Source of the DNA: Mantamonas sphyraenae STR306
Taxonomy: Eukaryota; Protista; CRuMs
DNA length: 64,000 nt
Direction: 5' to 3'
NCBI GenBank assembly: GCA_026936335.1
Contig: JAPMXV010000012.1
Coordinates: 124,001 to 188,000, forward strand
This document shows positions 23,239 to 33,022 of this stretch, piece after piece. Position 1 is the first letter of the stretch; the number at the start of each line of letters is the position of its first letter. The notes beneath the pieces are model-generated. The model was given only the letters and a program-made list of their open reading frames with translations. It was not told the DNA's origin and did no database searches. The position numbers were made by a program, and so were the translations under genes.

Positions 23239-24855
23239 ATGGACCAAAGGTCCATGCCCCGTGCTCGCTCTCTTGTGGAGGCGTGTGTGCGTTGTGTGTA
23301 CCAGCACATTGACGAAGTGGTGTTGAGTATTGCTGGTGGCGATGGGCAGGAGGAGGGGGAGGGGGCAACGACAATGTTGCCGCAAGAGGTGTGTGAGCAG
23401 GCGTTGGCAGCGGCAAGTCGACGGGCATGGGGACCATTGCGATCCAAACACTTGGATCTGCTGGCACACAACCTAGTGGAGCTGTGCATCAAGGCACGGC
23501 ACGAGACACAGGTGGCCATTGAGCGAGAGGCGTTGCTGCGGGTGCCGTCCCGGTGTCCGGAATTGGTGGCACTTTGTCTGGACTTTGACGATGCCGACGA
23601 CAGTGTGGTGGACGACACGGTGCTGGAAGCGTTTGCAGAACATTGTGGCAGGTTGGAGGAGGTGCAGCTGGTGGGATTGAACCACATCAGCGACGAAGGG
23701 GTGGTGGGTTTGCTCTGCAGTGGCACCGTGCAGCAACAACTGCTTGCGCTGACCCTACGCAACTGTGACGAATTGAGTGACAAGACCATGGTGAAGGGGG
23801 TGCGTGATTGCACTGCCCTGTGTTCCCTGACGCTGAGTGGAGTGAATGTGACCGACTACGGCGTACGTGTTGCCATCAAAGGGAGTGCACACACACTGGA
23901 GAGCCTGGACGTGTCACGATGCTCGCTGGTGGATGAAGTGACGCTGTCGTATGTGTTGGACAAGTGCACCGTGTTGGAGGACTTGATGGTGCATGGGGCA
24001 TCGACCGTGATTGACGACAACCAATTGGCGTTGGTGGCCATGCACCCACACGTGTGTCGTCTGGGCTTGGAGAATTGCAGCGAGGTGACGGGAGAGGGTC
24101 TGATGGCCCTATTGACACGCAATGAGCCCCATGTGGTGCATTTGGATCTGACAGGGGTGCGGTTCCTGTCCGAGGTGGCTGTGTCTGCCATGTTGGCTGC
24201 CATGTTGCCACACCTGCAACACCTGTCCCTGGCCGACGCCGGAGATGGTTTGGATGACGATGTGTTTGCACAGGCGTTGCAGACAGTGGGTGATCACATG
24301 TTGCCCATGCGCCACTTGGATCTCAGCTGGTGTGAGGACATCACCGACACTGTCTTCTCTGCCCTCTTCCAACGCATGCCCTCCCTGGAGCACCTCAGCG
24401 TGCGCCAGTGTACAAAGTTGTCCGACGAGGCGTTGGTCACCCTGGCCGCCTCCTGCACCCAACTGCACACCCTGGACATCAGTCGTTCCTACCATCTGTC
24501 CGGCCAGGCCCTCACCAAGGTCGTCCAGGCCAATGCACACACCCTGCTCACCCTCTCTGTGGCATGGATTCCATCGGTGACCAGTGACACCCTGTTGGAC
24601 ATTGCCACACATGCGGTGCAACTGCAAAAACTGGACATTGCCGGGTGCAAGGCCGTCTCCGACGAGGCTGTGGCCAAGCTGGCTGGTCTCTTGCCAGACC
24701 TGTGGTGTCTCGACCTCACCTACATCAACAGTGTGCAGGATGCAACGTACGAGGCCCTCATGCGAGCCTCTCCTGGCCTGTTGTTGATCAACTACTACGC
24801 CGATGTGTGGCGTGCGGTGGGAGGGAGCAATGTGAGTGCCCATGATGACGAATAA
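23239..24855 (+). CDS. Leucine-rich repeat protein (cysteine-containing LRR, AMN1/Rad7/FBXL-like)
   Basis: Repeated L..LDLS.C..ITD units and an N-terminal SLVEACV...LP motif. Start uncertain: ATGs at 23230, 23239 and 23254. The ORF-track start at 23014 overlaps the upstream gene. Confidence 0.85.
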   Translation: MDQRSMPRARSLVEACVRCVYQHIDEVVLSIAGGDGQEEGEGATTMLPQEVCEQALAAASRRAWGPLRSKHLDLLAHNLVELCIKARHETQVAIEREALLRVPSRCPELVALCLDFDDADDSVVDDTVLEAFAEHCGRLEEVQLVGLNHISDEGVVGLLCSGTVQQQLLALTLRNCDELSDKTMVKGVRDCTALCSLTLSGVNVTDYGVRVAIKGSAHTLESLDVSRCSLVDEVTLSYVLDKCTVLEDLMVHGASTVIDDNQLALVAMHPHVCRLGLENCSEVTGEGLMALLTRNEPHVVHLDLTGVRFLSEVAVSAMLAAMLPHLQHLSLADAGDGLDDDVFAQALQTVGDHMLPMRHLDLSWCEDITDTVFSALFQRMPSLEHLSVRQCTKLSDEALVTLAASCTQLHTLDISRSYHLSGQALTKVVQANAHTLLTLSVAWIPSVTSDTLLDIATHAVQLQKLDIAGCKAVSDEAVAKLAGLLPDLWCLDLTYINSVQDATYEALMRASPGLLLINYYADVWRAVGGSNVSAHDDE

Positions 24856-24885
24856 TCAATGCGAGGGTTGTTATTGGGGTCCCTT

Positions 24886-25422
24886 TCATTGGGATTGGGA
24901 CATCCACCGTGCCACAAAGTCTGTTTTAAGGCCATTCAGAGGCGACGGGGGTTTCAGGATGTTGTGCAGACGCAGGAACGCCGTGTATGCCATTGTGTCG
25001 TCGGTCTGGTACTCGTCCATGCGCACCACTGCCAAACCGCGTTGTTGGCTCTGGTTGCGAGCCTGTGCCATGGCACTGCTTTCGTAGAACAGCTCCAGCG
25101 TGGGGAAATCCAGCAGCCGCCGCCGCTCGCAGAAGGCCACGTGCCGTGAGCAGTTCACTTGCACAAAGTGCACGGTGTCGCTGTACAGGGCTGCTGCTTG
25201 TTCGAATGCATGCAGCGAGAGGGCACAGTGCGAGCTGCCGGCAATCGAGTAGAACGCCAGCACGGGCTTCTCGTCCAGCAGCTGCTGGAACTGCGATTCG
25301 CTCTGGAAGTCAAATACCTTTCGTCCAAGAGACCCTGTCGCGGAGGACGACGACGCAGACGAGGACGACGACGTGTCCTCGTCTCCAAACACCGCTTTGT
25401 ACAATTCGTCAAGCCATAACAT
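24886..25422 (-). CDS. Thioredoxin-fold (PDI-like) protein with a non-canonical SSHC active site
   Basis: PVLAFYSIAGSSHC...FEQAA...VHFVQVNCSRHVAFCERRRLLDFPTLELF. Start at ATG 25422 (or 25491). Confidence 0.7.
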   Translation of the reverse strand: MLWLDELYKAVFGDEDTSSSSSASSSSATGSLGRKVFDFQSESQFQQLLDEKPVLAFYSIAGSSHCALSLHAFEQAAALYSDTVHFVQVNCSRHVAFCERRRLLDFPTLELFYESSAMAQARNQSQQRGLAVVRMDEYQTDDTMAYTAFLRLHNILKPPSPLNGLKTDFVARWMSQSQ

Positions 25423-26014
25423 CGGTTGTGGTGTGGTGGATGCGCTGCGCCGGCGTGCGCAGCGTTTTTTCCAAGGCGTTTTTTCTGCCATTTTCAATGT
25501 ACGGACTTTAGAAAAGGGCACCGTCTCTTACGCGAGTGCTACGGCACAGCATACAGCAGGTGGCGGCACGCCGCGGGCGTCAGGTGTGACACAGCGACGG
25601 GAGGGAGTTCCGCTGCTCACTTTCCGTGATTGCCCTGCTCGTCTGAGCGGGCACAGGCGTGCGTACAGTGGGTGGTGGGGCGTGGCGTGTGTGTTGTCAC
25701 AAGCAGCATGCATCCTTAACCTTCCATGAGCCTGTCCTTGGCCTGTGCGCTCGTGGCGCCGCAGCGTCTGCGCCGAGTCGGCGCCACCTGCGCATTCCAC
25801 AGAGTACGCGTGTAGTTATCCAGTCCCAGATTCTCCTTGGCCACCACTGCACTATGTTTGGCATGTTGTACGGGTGTGCATGTCTGTATGTGTGTCCACG
25901 GTGAGAAAGGTGTGCATGGTTTGTGGTCAGGTGTGTAAATTTTGATTCATGGTGGAATGTGTGTAGAGTTGTGTGTATATTGATTTTGCTCTCAATCAAA
26001 AATTATCCTTCCAT

Positions 26015-27734
26015 CTATCCGCCGTTCTGGATGCCGACTTCAAAAACACGCAGAACCCACATGGCGCTCAGACGCACGTGCTCGGGGTCGTCCGAGGTCC
26101 ACCAGGTATCCAGGAGCGTCTCCTTCTTCTTCTTGCCGGCCGGGTCGATGCCAAAGGATTCGTACAGCTCGGCAATGTCGCCGTGGTCGGCAAAGGCATC
26201 CTTGAGCCAACGCTTGAACTGCTTGCGCTCGTTCTTGAGTTCCTTCTTGGCAGCCTTTGCGTTGACGTGCATTTCGGCCATCTTGTGCAGTTCGGCACGG
26301 CAGACAACGAGCTCCACGGGAGCAATGCTTTCGACAATGCAGAAGCAGTCGACAAATCGAGCACGGTAGAGCCAGGGCTGCATGGTTTCCTCCCACAGAT
26401 GGTGGAGCTGGCTGACATAGCGGTCGAGCTGGGCCACCATGAGGGGGCGTGTGACACGCCTGCAGAGTTCGCCTCGCCACACGCGCTGAATGGTGACGGC
26501 AGCGGTGTGCATGCGTGTGTAGCGCACACGAGCCAAATGGCCACGCAGACAGCGCTGGATAAGGAGGACGGCATGCGAGATACGCCTGTAACGCCAGCGA
26601 GCCTGGAGGGTGAGAACGAGGCGACGCAAGGCAGCGTAGCGCCTGCGTGCGAGGGAAGCACGGTAGGCAGTGGCAAGGGTGGATTGTGCAGCACGCATGC
26701 GAAGGAAACGTCTGCGTTGAAAGAGCATGCGAATGAGGGGCACAAGGATGTGTGCAGCCTCTTGGATGCGAAGGTAGATGGCACGCTGTGAATGACCCTT
26801 CCACACAGCAGCAATGGCCACCTGGGCACGACGCATGCGACGGAAACGGAAACGGGCCTGAAGGGAGCACACAGCAGCACGAAGGGACACAAAGGCCTGG
26901 CGTCGTTGATGGCCACGCACCACACGTTGGATCTCCACACAGGCTCTGCGCTGTGTGTGGTATCGTGTGTAGGCCACATGAGCACGCCAGTGTGCAGCAA
27001 GACGGATCTGGGCATGGCGCATGCGACGGAAACGCACGCGAGCCTGGAGCGTACGAGTGGCCACACGCAGACGACGGTAGGCAATGCGAGCCAGGAAGCC
27101 ACGGACACGGGGTTGGACAAGACACACGGCGGCTCGTGTGCGTGTGTAGGCTGCGTGTTGCACATGACGACGCCAGGCGGCAGCAATGCGAATCTGGGCA
27201 TGGCGCATGCGACGGAAACGCACGCGAGCCTGAAGGGTGCGTGTGGCACAGAGCAGACGACGGTAGCGACGACGTGCAAGCATGCCACGGATGAGACGTT
27301 GCACCTGCAGGGTGTCTGCACGCAGGCGACGGAAGCGACGTGTTTGTACAAAGGCACGCCATCGTGCGGCCACGCAGATCTGACTGGCACGCAGACGGGT
27401 GTACCTGCGACGCGCTGTGTGGCCACGCAACCAACTGGCCACTTGGATTTGGGCCTCACGTGTGCGTTGGTAGGCACGCTGTGCCACATGACCCCTCCAT
27501 CGAGCCTGCACACGCACCATGCACGCACGCAGACGCACGTAGCGACGACGGTGCATCACACACCGCCACCATTCCTGTACAATCACCGCACTGAGCAACT
27601 CACTGTGTGACGCCTCCATGCGCACAGAGAACTTTTTCCATGAGAACGACCGTCCCAGATTCAATCCACGGCGTTTCAACATCTTGTCCGACGGATTCGA
27701 CTCCGGAGTGTCAGTGTCCCCACCTGCTGTCGAC

Positions 27735-27774
<40 letters not shown>

Positions 27775-28605
27775 GGGCGTTGCTGGTGGTGGTGGTGGTG
27801 GCATCTGTGCTGTCGCCACTGCTGCTGGCAGTGAGGAGCACCGTCTTGAGCAATCCTGCCTCTTTGAAGCCATCGCCTGTCTCGAGGGAACTGCTGAGCC
27901 TGCGTGCAGCACGGCTGCCTGCACGTGTCCTACGTATGCTCTTGACCATGCCAAAGTCGGGTTGGGGCGCATCAAAGGTGCCTGTGATATCAAACTCGGT
28001 GTTGTCCAGGAACGGGGTGTCCTTCTTCACCACCGTCAACTTGCTGCGGTTCACCTTTTGGTCGATGCTCTCGTCAAAGAACCTCTCACGGTAGTCTTCG
28101 TGTTCGGGTTTGGCCCGTTCGATGATGAAGGAGGAAAAGGCCTGGGATTGCACAAACAGACGCACCCAGGGTCGCACACTCTCCGGATGCTCCTTCATAA
28201 ACTCCTCCTTGTCAAACAGATCGTCTGCCTCGGGATCCTCCACATCGGTATCCTTCAGGTGGTTGCGGTACTTGAGCAGCATGGCCACAAAGAAGCGCAG
28301 AAACACCCAACGGATGCGATCCCGCACCTGTTCCTCGCGTGACAAGCGTGTGTCCACCACCCCCAGGTGATGGTCATCGATGTCATCCATGGCTCCTCCT
28401 CCTCCTCCTCCTCCTCCTCCTCCATTCGGGTGGTCTTCATCCGATGTGCCAGCACCACCTCCTCCTCCCCCTGCTTCTGTTCCCTTTTTCTCGTGCTTGT
28501 TCTTGCGCAGTCCACGGAAGGAGAACCGCTTGCCTTCAGACGCAGGTGCCTTGAGCGACGCTGTCTTTCCATGGGACGTAGAAGAGGGGGTGCTACTGCT
28601 ACTGC

Positions 28606-28642
<37 letters not shown>

Positions 28643-30278
28643 TGCGCCAGGGTCGAGTCGAAGTTGGGCAGCGCGTTGCAAGTCGACGGGAGTGGGTTGG
28701 AGGTTGTGATCGATGTCAAAGGCATAGTCATAATACAACAGCTCCTCATCGTTGCTGTCCTGCACGTCGCCGACATACTCATGCAACTGTTTCATGAGCT
28801 TGTCCTCCTCGTGCATGGGCAGCGGATAGAAGGGGTCGTCGGTGGTGTGGGGCACAATAAACTCGTTGGTGTCCAGGTTGACAACAAAGACGCCGTCTGG
28901 AAGCATGTCCTCATCGTACATGCTGTTGTGGATGCCGATGATGAAGGGCACGGGTGCGTAGAGAAAGTCGGTGAGGGAGTGGTGCAGGATGGGAATGAAC
29001 ACGTGGTGCCACTCAAAGGGAAACAGCAGATGACGCACAATCTCTGCCACGTGGGTCAGCAACGCAAGGTGGGAACTGACAAGCAGCACGTGGCGTTCGG
29101 TCAGGACGGCATTGAACAGCAGGGCAATCTTTTGCACGTCCAAACACAGAAACAGCACATGGAAGGGCACATCGGCCACAGGCAGTCGATTGATGGGTGA
29201 ACGGTAACATTGCAACACTTTGTCGGCCACAGTGATGCGCATCCGCAGCTTGCCCTCGGGGGGCAACGGCACATCGCGCACAAAGTTGATGATGTAGCAC
29301 TCCAGCGGCACATCCGAATCAGGTGTCACCGACACTCGATACAATTGCCTCAGGAAGCGTGCATACAGTTCATGGAAGGGCCAGTGCGACGTCAGACAGA
29401 TTGTTTTCGGCGCAAAGAACGCTCCGGGATCCTCGCTGAGCAACGCCTCCACCTCCGCCAGCAGCTCTCGGGCCATATCCACCTCGTCTTGGTTGACCTC
29501 CTCCACCGCAGTGGAGGCCCCTGGGTCGTCCTGTTCTGTGGATGCTACGTCGTCGCCCAAAGAGTGACCCTCGGCCGCTGCAACGAGTGCGTCGGCGGCT
29601 GCCACCTCGGCCGCGTCGGCCCGTGCCACTGTGGCGCGAAGCTGCTGCACAAGGTCTGCATTGTCAGCCAGGATGCGCTTGCGCAGGAGATTGACCATGC
29701 GACGCGGTACGGGTTCATGGTAGGAGAGGGCAGAGCCAAACACGTTCTTGCCGTCCTCCTTGGTCATCACAAAGGGAAATTGCGTGGCCGGCAGCCGCTG
29801 CCGACTGAGATGCAAACCCAACGGACTGCACATCTGCACATTCGTCCCCACAAGGACCAAACACAGGCCGCAGTGGGGGGGATGGGGGGGTGGCGTGGGG
29901 AGGGGGGGGGAATGGAATGAATAACACCGGTGGGGTAAGGGGGAGGGGAGGCGGTGGGTGCCAAAGCGGGAAAAGTGAGGTGGGAGGGATTGTCAGCAAA
30001 GGGACGAGAGCAGGTGAGGAGAGGGAGAGGGGAACCAAGGGGTGGGATGGGGGTAGGAGATGGGGACCACTCACCATCTGCAGTTGTTCGGGGAATTCTG
30101 CGTCATCGTAGTCGATTTTGGGAAAGCGGTCGAGGATGAGGGTGGTGCATTGGTACTGGGTCAGGTCGAAGCGAGCAAAGGGATCCAACTTGTGGCCATT
30201 GATGGGCTGCAGCTCCGCCAGACCAATGCCGGTGATGACAAAGAAGTCGGCCAAGCGGACGGGCAGCTTGTCCTTCAT
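26015..30278 (-). CDS. DENN-domain (Rab GEF-like) protein with an IQ-motif array and a C-terminal NACK_C/DUF3490-like domain
   Basis: Exon 1 30278-30075 (RLADFFVITG...ILDRFPK.D...FP), GTGAGT..CAG intron 30074-29834, exon 2 29833-26015 (CSPLG, FPFVMT.EDG, PKTICLTSHWPF, LFPFEWHHVFIPIL, APVPFIIG, FVQSQAFSSFI.ER), then many [IV]QxxxRGxxxR motifs. Confidence 0.9.
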
Positions 30279-30433
30279 CCGGCACACACAGAGATCGGAG
30301 CCAGCCAGTCGGGGGGCGATGCGGGGGTGTGTTTGGTTTGGGCAAAGGTGTGTGTGTGTGTGTGCTTCATTCCATGGTGAAAGACATGTCACCATTTCAG
30401 GGTGCATGGGTTTTGCTTGGGTTGCGAATGGGT

Positions 30434-31714
30434 TCACACACTGTTGTCGGGATAGTAGAGGAGAGAGACGGCGAGGATGGCGTAGGCAAAGATGAGCAGG
30501 ATGCCTTCGAGCCAGTTGCTCTCGCCATCCTGGAGGACGACGTTGACAATGAGCACGGAAACAAAGAGGCAGACGGTGAGAAAGACATCAAAGAAGAGGG
30601 TGAGGGGCTGACCAATGATCCAGCCCACAAGGACACACACGGGAACGACAAAGACGGCAATCTGGGTGGAGCTGCCGACGACGACGCCGATGGCCAGATC
30701 CATCTTGTCATGATAGGCTGTGAGGAGGGCGGTGGCATGTTCAGCGGCATTGCCAGCAATGGGAAGGAGACAGACGGAGAGGAAGATGTTGGGGACACCC
30801 CAGGAGGCAGAGACAGCTTCGAGGGAGGCAACGACGAGATCAGCCTCGTACGAGACAAGCAGGGTGACCACGACCAGGTTGGTGAGGGCACCGGCAAGGG
30901 ACATGCTGGGTTCGTCCTCATCCTCCTCCTCGTCCTCAAACAGGTCCTTGTGGGTGTAGAGTTGAAAGACAAGGAAGGAGATGTAGATGGCCATGAGAAA
31001 GAGGGCGGAAATGCGACTGAGAGCCAACACGTCGGCCTCAATGACCGCCTCATCGCCACGACCATAGACAAAGACGGCGGGGAGGGCCATGGTGAGGATG
31101 ACCAGGAGGAGGAGGGAGCCGTTGGTGCCAGCGGCGGTGGCGTTGAATTGCTGGGTTTTGTACTTGGTGCCACCGAGGAGGAAGGCGGAACCCAACACAA
31201 GGAGCATGTTGGACAGGATGGAACCCAACAGGGAGAACTTGACCACATCCAGGAGACCCGCACGGAGGGCAAGGATGCTGACAATCAACTCGACAGCATT
31301 GCCAAAGGTGGCGTTGAGGAGACCTCCGATGGTTTGGGAGGTGCGCATGGCCACTTCGTCGGTGGCGGCACCCAGGATGGCAGCCATGGGGATGATGGAA
31401 GCCAGGGAGAGGGAAAAGGTGACACTCTTGGGCCACCCGGCAAGGTCACTGGCAATGCTGACAGGAAAGGCAAGCAACAACCAGTTGAGTTTGGATCCCA
31501 TCGATCCCATCGGTGACCAAATGCGGAATGATTTGGCAATGCCCACGGCCCAGTTGTCGTCGTCCACATCACCGCCGCCGCCGCCGCCGCCTACCCCGCC
31601 AGTGTCCACGCGTTTGTACGCCGTGTACTGCACCGATGGCGAATAGGCTTCGTCCTCATCACGGAGGCTCGTGCGTGTGTTGCGTCGTGCTCTTGAAACG
31701 GCTACGTTCGGCAT
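30434..31714 (-). CDS. CAX: Ca2+/H+ exchanger (CAX/VCX1 family)
   Basis: Alpha-1 GGLLNATFGNAVE and alpha-2 LPIAGNAAEH signatures, GSILSNMLLVLG, acidic loop, DGESNWLEG. Confidence 0.97.
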   Translation of the reverse strand: MPNVAVSRARRNTRTSLRDEDEAYSPSVQYTAYKRVDTGGVGGGGGGGDVDDDNWAVGIAKSFRIWSPMGSMGSKLNWLLLAFPVSIASDLAGWPKSVTFSLSLASIIPMAAILGAATDEVAMRTSQTIGGLLNATFGNAVELIVSILALRAGLLDVVKFSLLGSILSNMLLVLGSAFLLGGTKYKTQQFNATAAGTNGSLLLLVILTMALPAVFVYGRGDEAVIEADVLALSRISALFLMAIYISFLVFQLYTHKDLFEDEEEDEDEPSMSLAGALTNLVVVTLLVSYEADLVVASLEAVSASWGVPNIFLSVCLLPIAGNAAEHATALLTAYHDKMDLAIGVVVGSSTQIAVFVVPVCVLVGWIIGQPLTLFFDVFLTVCLFVSVLIVNVVLQDGESNWLEGILLIFAYAILAVSLLYYPDNSV

Positions 31715-31815
31715 GATAGTGTGCTCCTATGGTCGCCTTTGTCTTGAAGAGTGCCGTTTGACGAGCTGAGCGCGGACGCAGGTTGAAATGCCCCGGATGG
31801 AGCAGGAGAATCGAC

Positions 31816-32868
31816 ATGTCCAATGCAGGTGGGTTGGGGCCCAGGGACAAGGTGCAACAGGTGGCACAACGCATGCAGGAGGCACATGCCATGTTGGAAG
31901 GTCTGATTGAGGGCCATGTGGGTGAGCAGGTGTCTCTGGTGCAACACAGCAGCCGCCTGTGCACCGAACGAGCACAGTGGATCATACACAGAGCCTTTGG
32001 AGCCACCCAACATTCAGTGGGTGTCATGCAGCAGTTGGAAGTGGCCCTGGAGGCATTGCAGGGTCAGCAACTGGGCTCGGAGTTTGCCACGCATCTGCAG
32101 GGGTCCACACTGCATGATTTCGCACACATGGAAGGGGTGGAGGCACTGGTGGGTGTGAGCAAGGGCCATCTGGCAGATCTGCAGGCTCAGGCTCAGAGTG
32201 TGGAGGCGGAGCATGGGAACATGGAACAAGCAGTGGCCGTGTGTCTCAACGCAGCACGCACACTACGCACGCCCCCACGGCTGGTGTTGGATGATGAAGG
32301 CGACGGAAGAAGTGGCACTCGTGTGCGTGTGCAACAGGTGCGCACCTACGGCCAATTGTACAATGCGGTGTGGCAGGAGGTGGGTGGGGTGAGCGAAGCG
32401 CTGCGAATGGCGTTGCAAACTGTGCGTCGGACCAAGGAACACCTTGTGCAGGTGGACAGAGACATGGATGCCACCATGCAGGGGTTGCAGGTGGCTGTGG
32501 AGGACATGGCCAACCTGGTGGTGTGGTACAATGCCTTTCTGCGTGGGTTTGAACCTCTCAAGGGGGAGATCCGACGACGGCAGGCGGCTCAGCGACACCA
32601 TCGAGAAGTGGTGCGACTCATGCGACAGCAGTTGGAAGCAATGTGGCAGACGGAACAGGAACAGCGGGTGTACTTCTTTGAACAGTTTGGACGGTTCTTG
32701 CCACAGGACATGTACCCGGAGCTATTGGACGAACCACAAGCGTATCGAATATTCCGGGACGAAGGAGGGGAACAGGAGGAGGGAGAAGAGGACAGGGAGG
32801 ACGGGGAGGAGGAGGACGGAGAGGGGGAGGGGGAGGACGAGGAGGACGGGGAGAAACACACGAATTGA
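31816..32868 (+). CDS. ATG17: Autophagy scaffold ATG17-like protein
   Basis: Helical protein ending in LVVWYNAFLRGFEPLKGEIRRRQ...EQEQRVYFFEQFGRFLPQDMYP, matching the Atg17 C-terminal Y..F...Y..L..E..RR / E...R..F....G.FLP pattern. Confidence 0.8.
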   Translation: MSNAGGLGPRDKVQQVAQRMQEAHAMLEGLIEGHVGEQVSLVQHSSRLCTERAQWIIHRAFGATQHSVGVMQQLEVALEALQGQQLGSEFATHLQGSTLHDFAHMEGVEALVGVSKGHLADLQAQAQSVEAEHGNMEQAVAVCLNAARTLRTPPRLVLDDEGDGRSGTRVRVQQVRTYGQLYNAVWQEVGGVSEALRMALQTVRRTKEHLVQVDRDMDATMQGLQVAVEDMANLVVWYNAFLRGFEPLKGEIRRRQAAQRHHREVVRLMRQQLEAMWQTEQEQRVYFFEQFGRFLPQDMYPELLDEPQAYRIFRDEGGEQEEGEEDREDGEEEDGEGEGEDEEDGEKHTN

Positions 32869-32879
32869 TTTGAACTTTA

Positions 32880-32901
32880 CAGGCTGTTCGGTTCAAATTG
32901 A
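32880..32901. repeat. Terminal inverted repeat, Fanzor-downstream end
   Basis: CAGGCTGTTCGGTTCAAATTGA preceded by TA. Confidence 0.75.
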
Positions 32902-33022
32902 AACTTTTGTGTGAGCTGGCGCAACGCGATTGGGCTCGGGAAAACAAAACCTACGTCCTGTGAGGAGTGGTATACACTCAGTGTTGGTTGGTTGGTTGGT
33001 TGACGGTTCTGGTGCCCCGTCC
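32880..33022 (-). ncRNA. Candidate Fanzor omegaRNA scaffold (may extend into the ORF 3' end)
   Basis: Lies between the nuclease stop and the element end, the canonical TnpB/Fanzor position. Visible stems: GAGTG/CACTC (32965-32979) and nested TTTTGT..GAGC / GCTC..ACAAAA (32905-32949). Confidence 0.55.

Noticed and set aside
25423-26014. Largest unexplained gap: possible small gene, extra exon or ncRNA
   Set aside because: Short open frames exist, but I found no convincing motif, splice model or RNA structure.
27735-28640. Trinucleotide runs (GAT, CCT, GCT)n
   Set aside because: Ordinary coding microsatellites giving poly-Ser/Gly linkers, common throughout the window.
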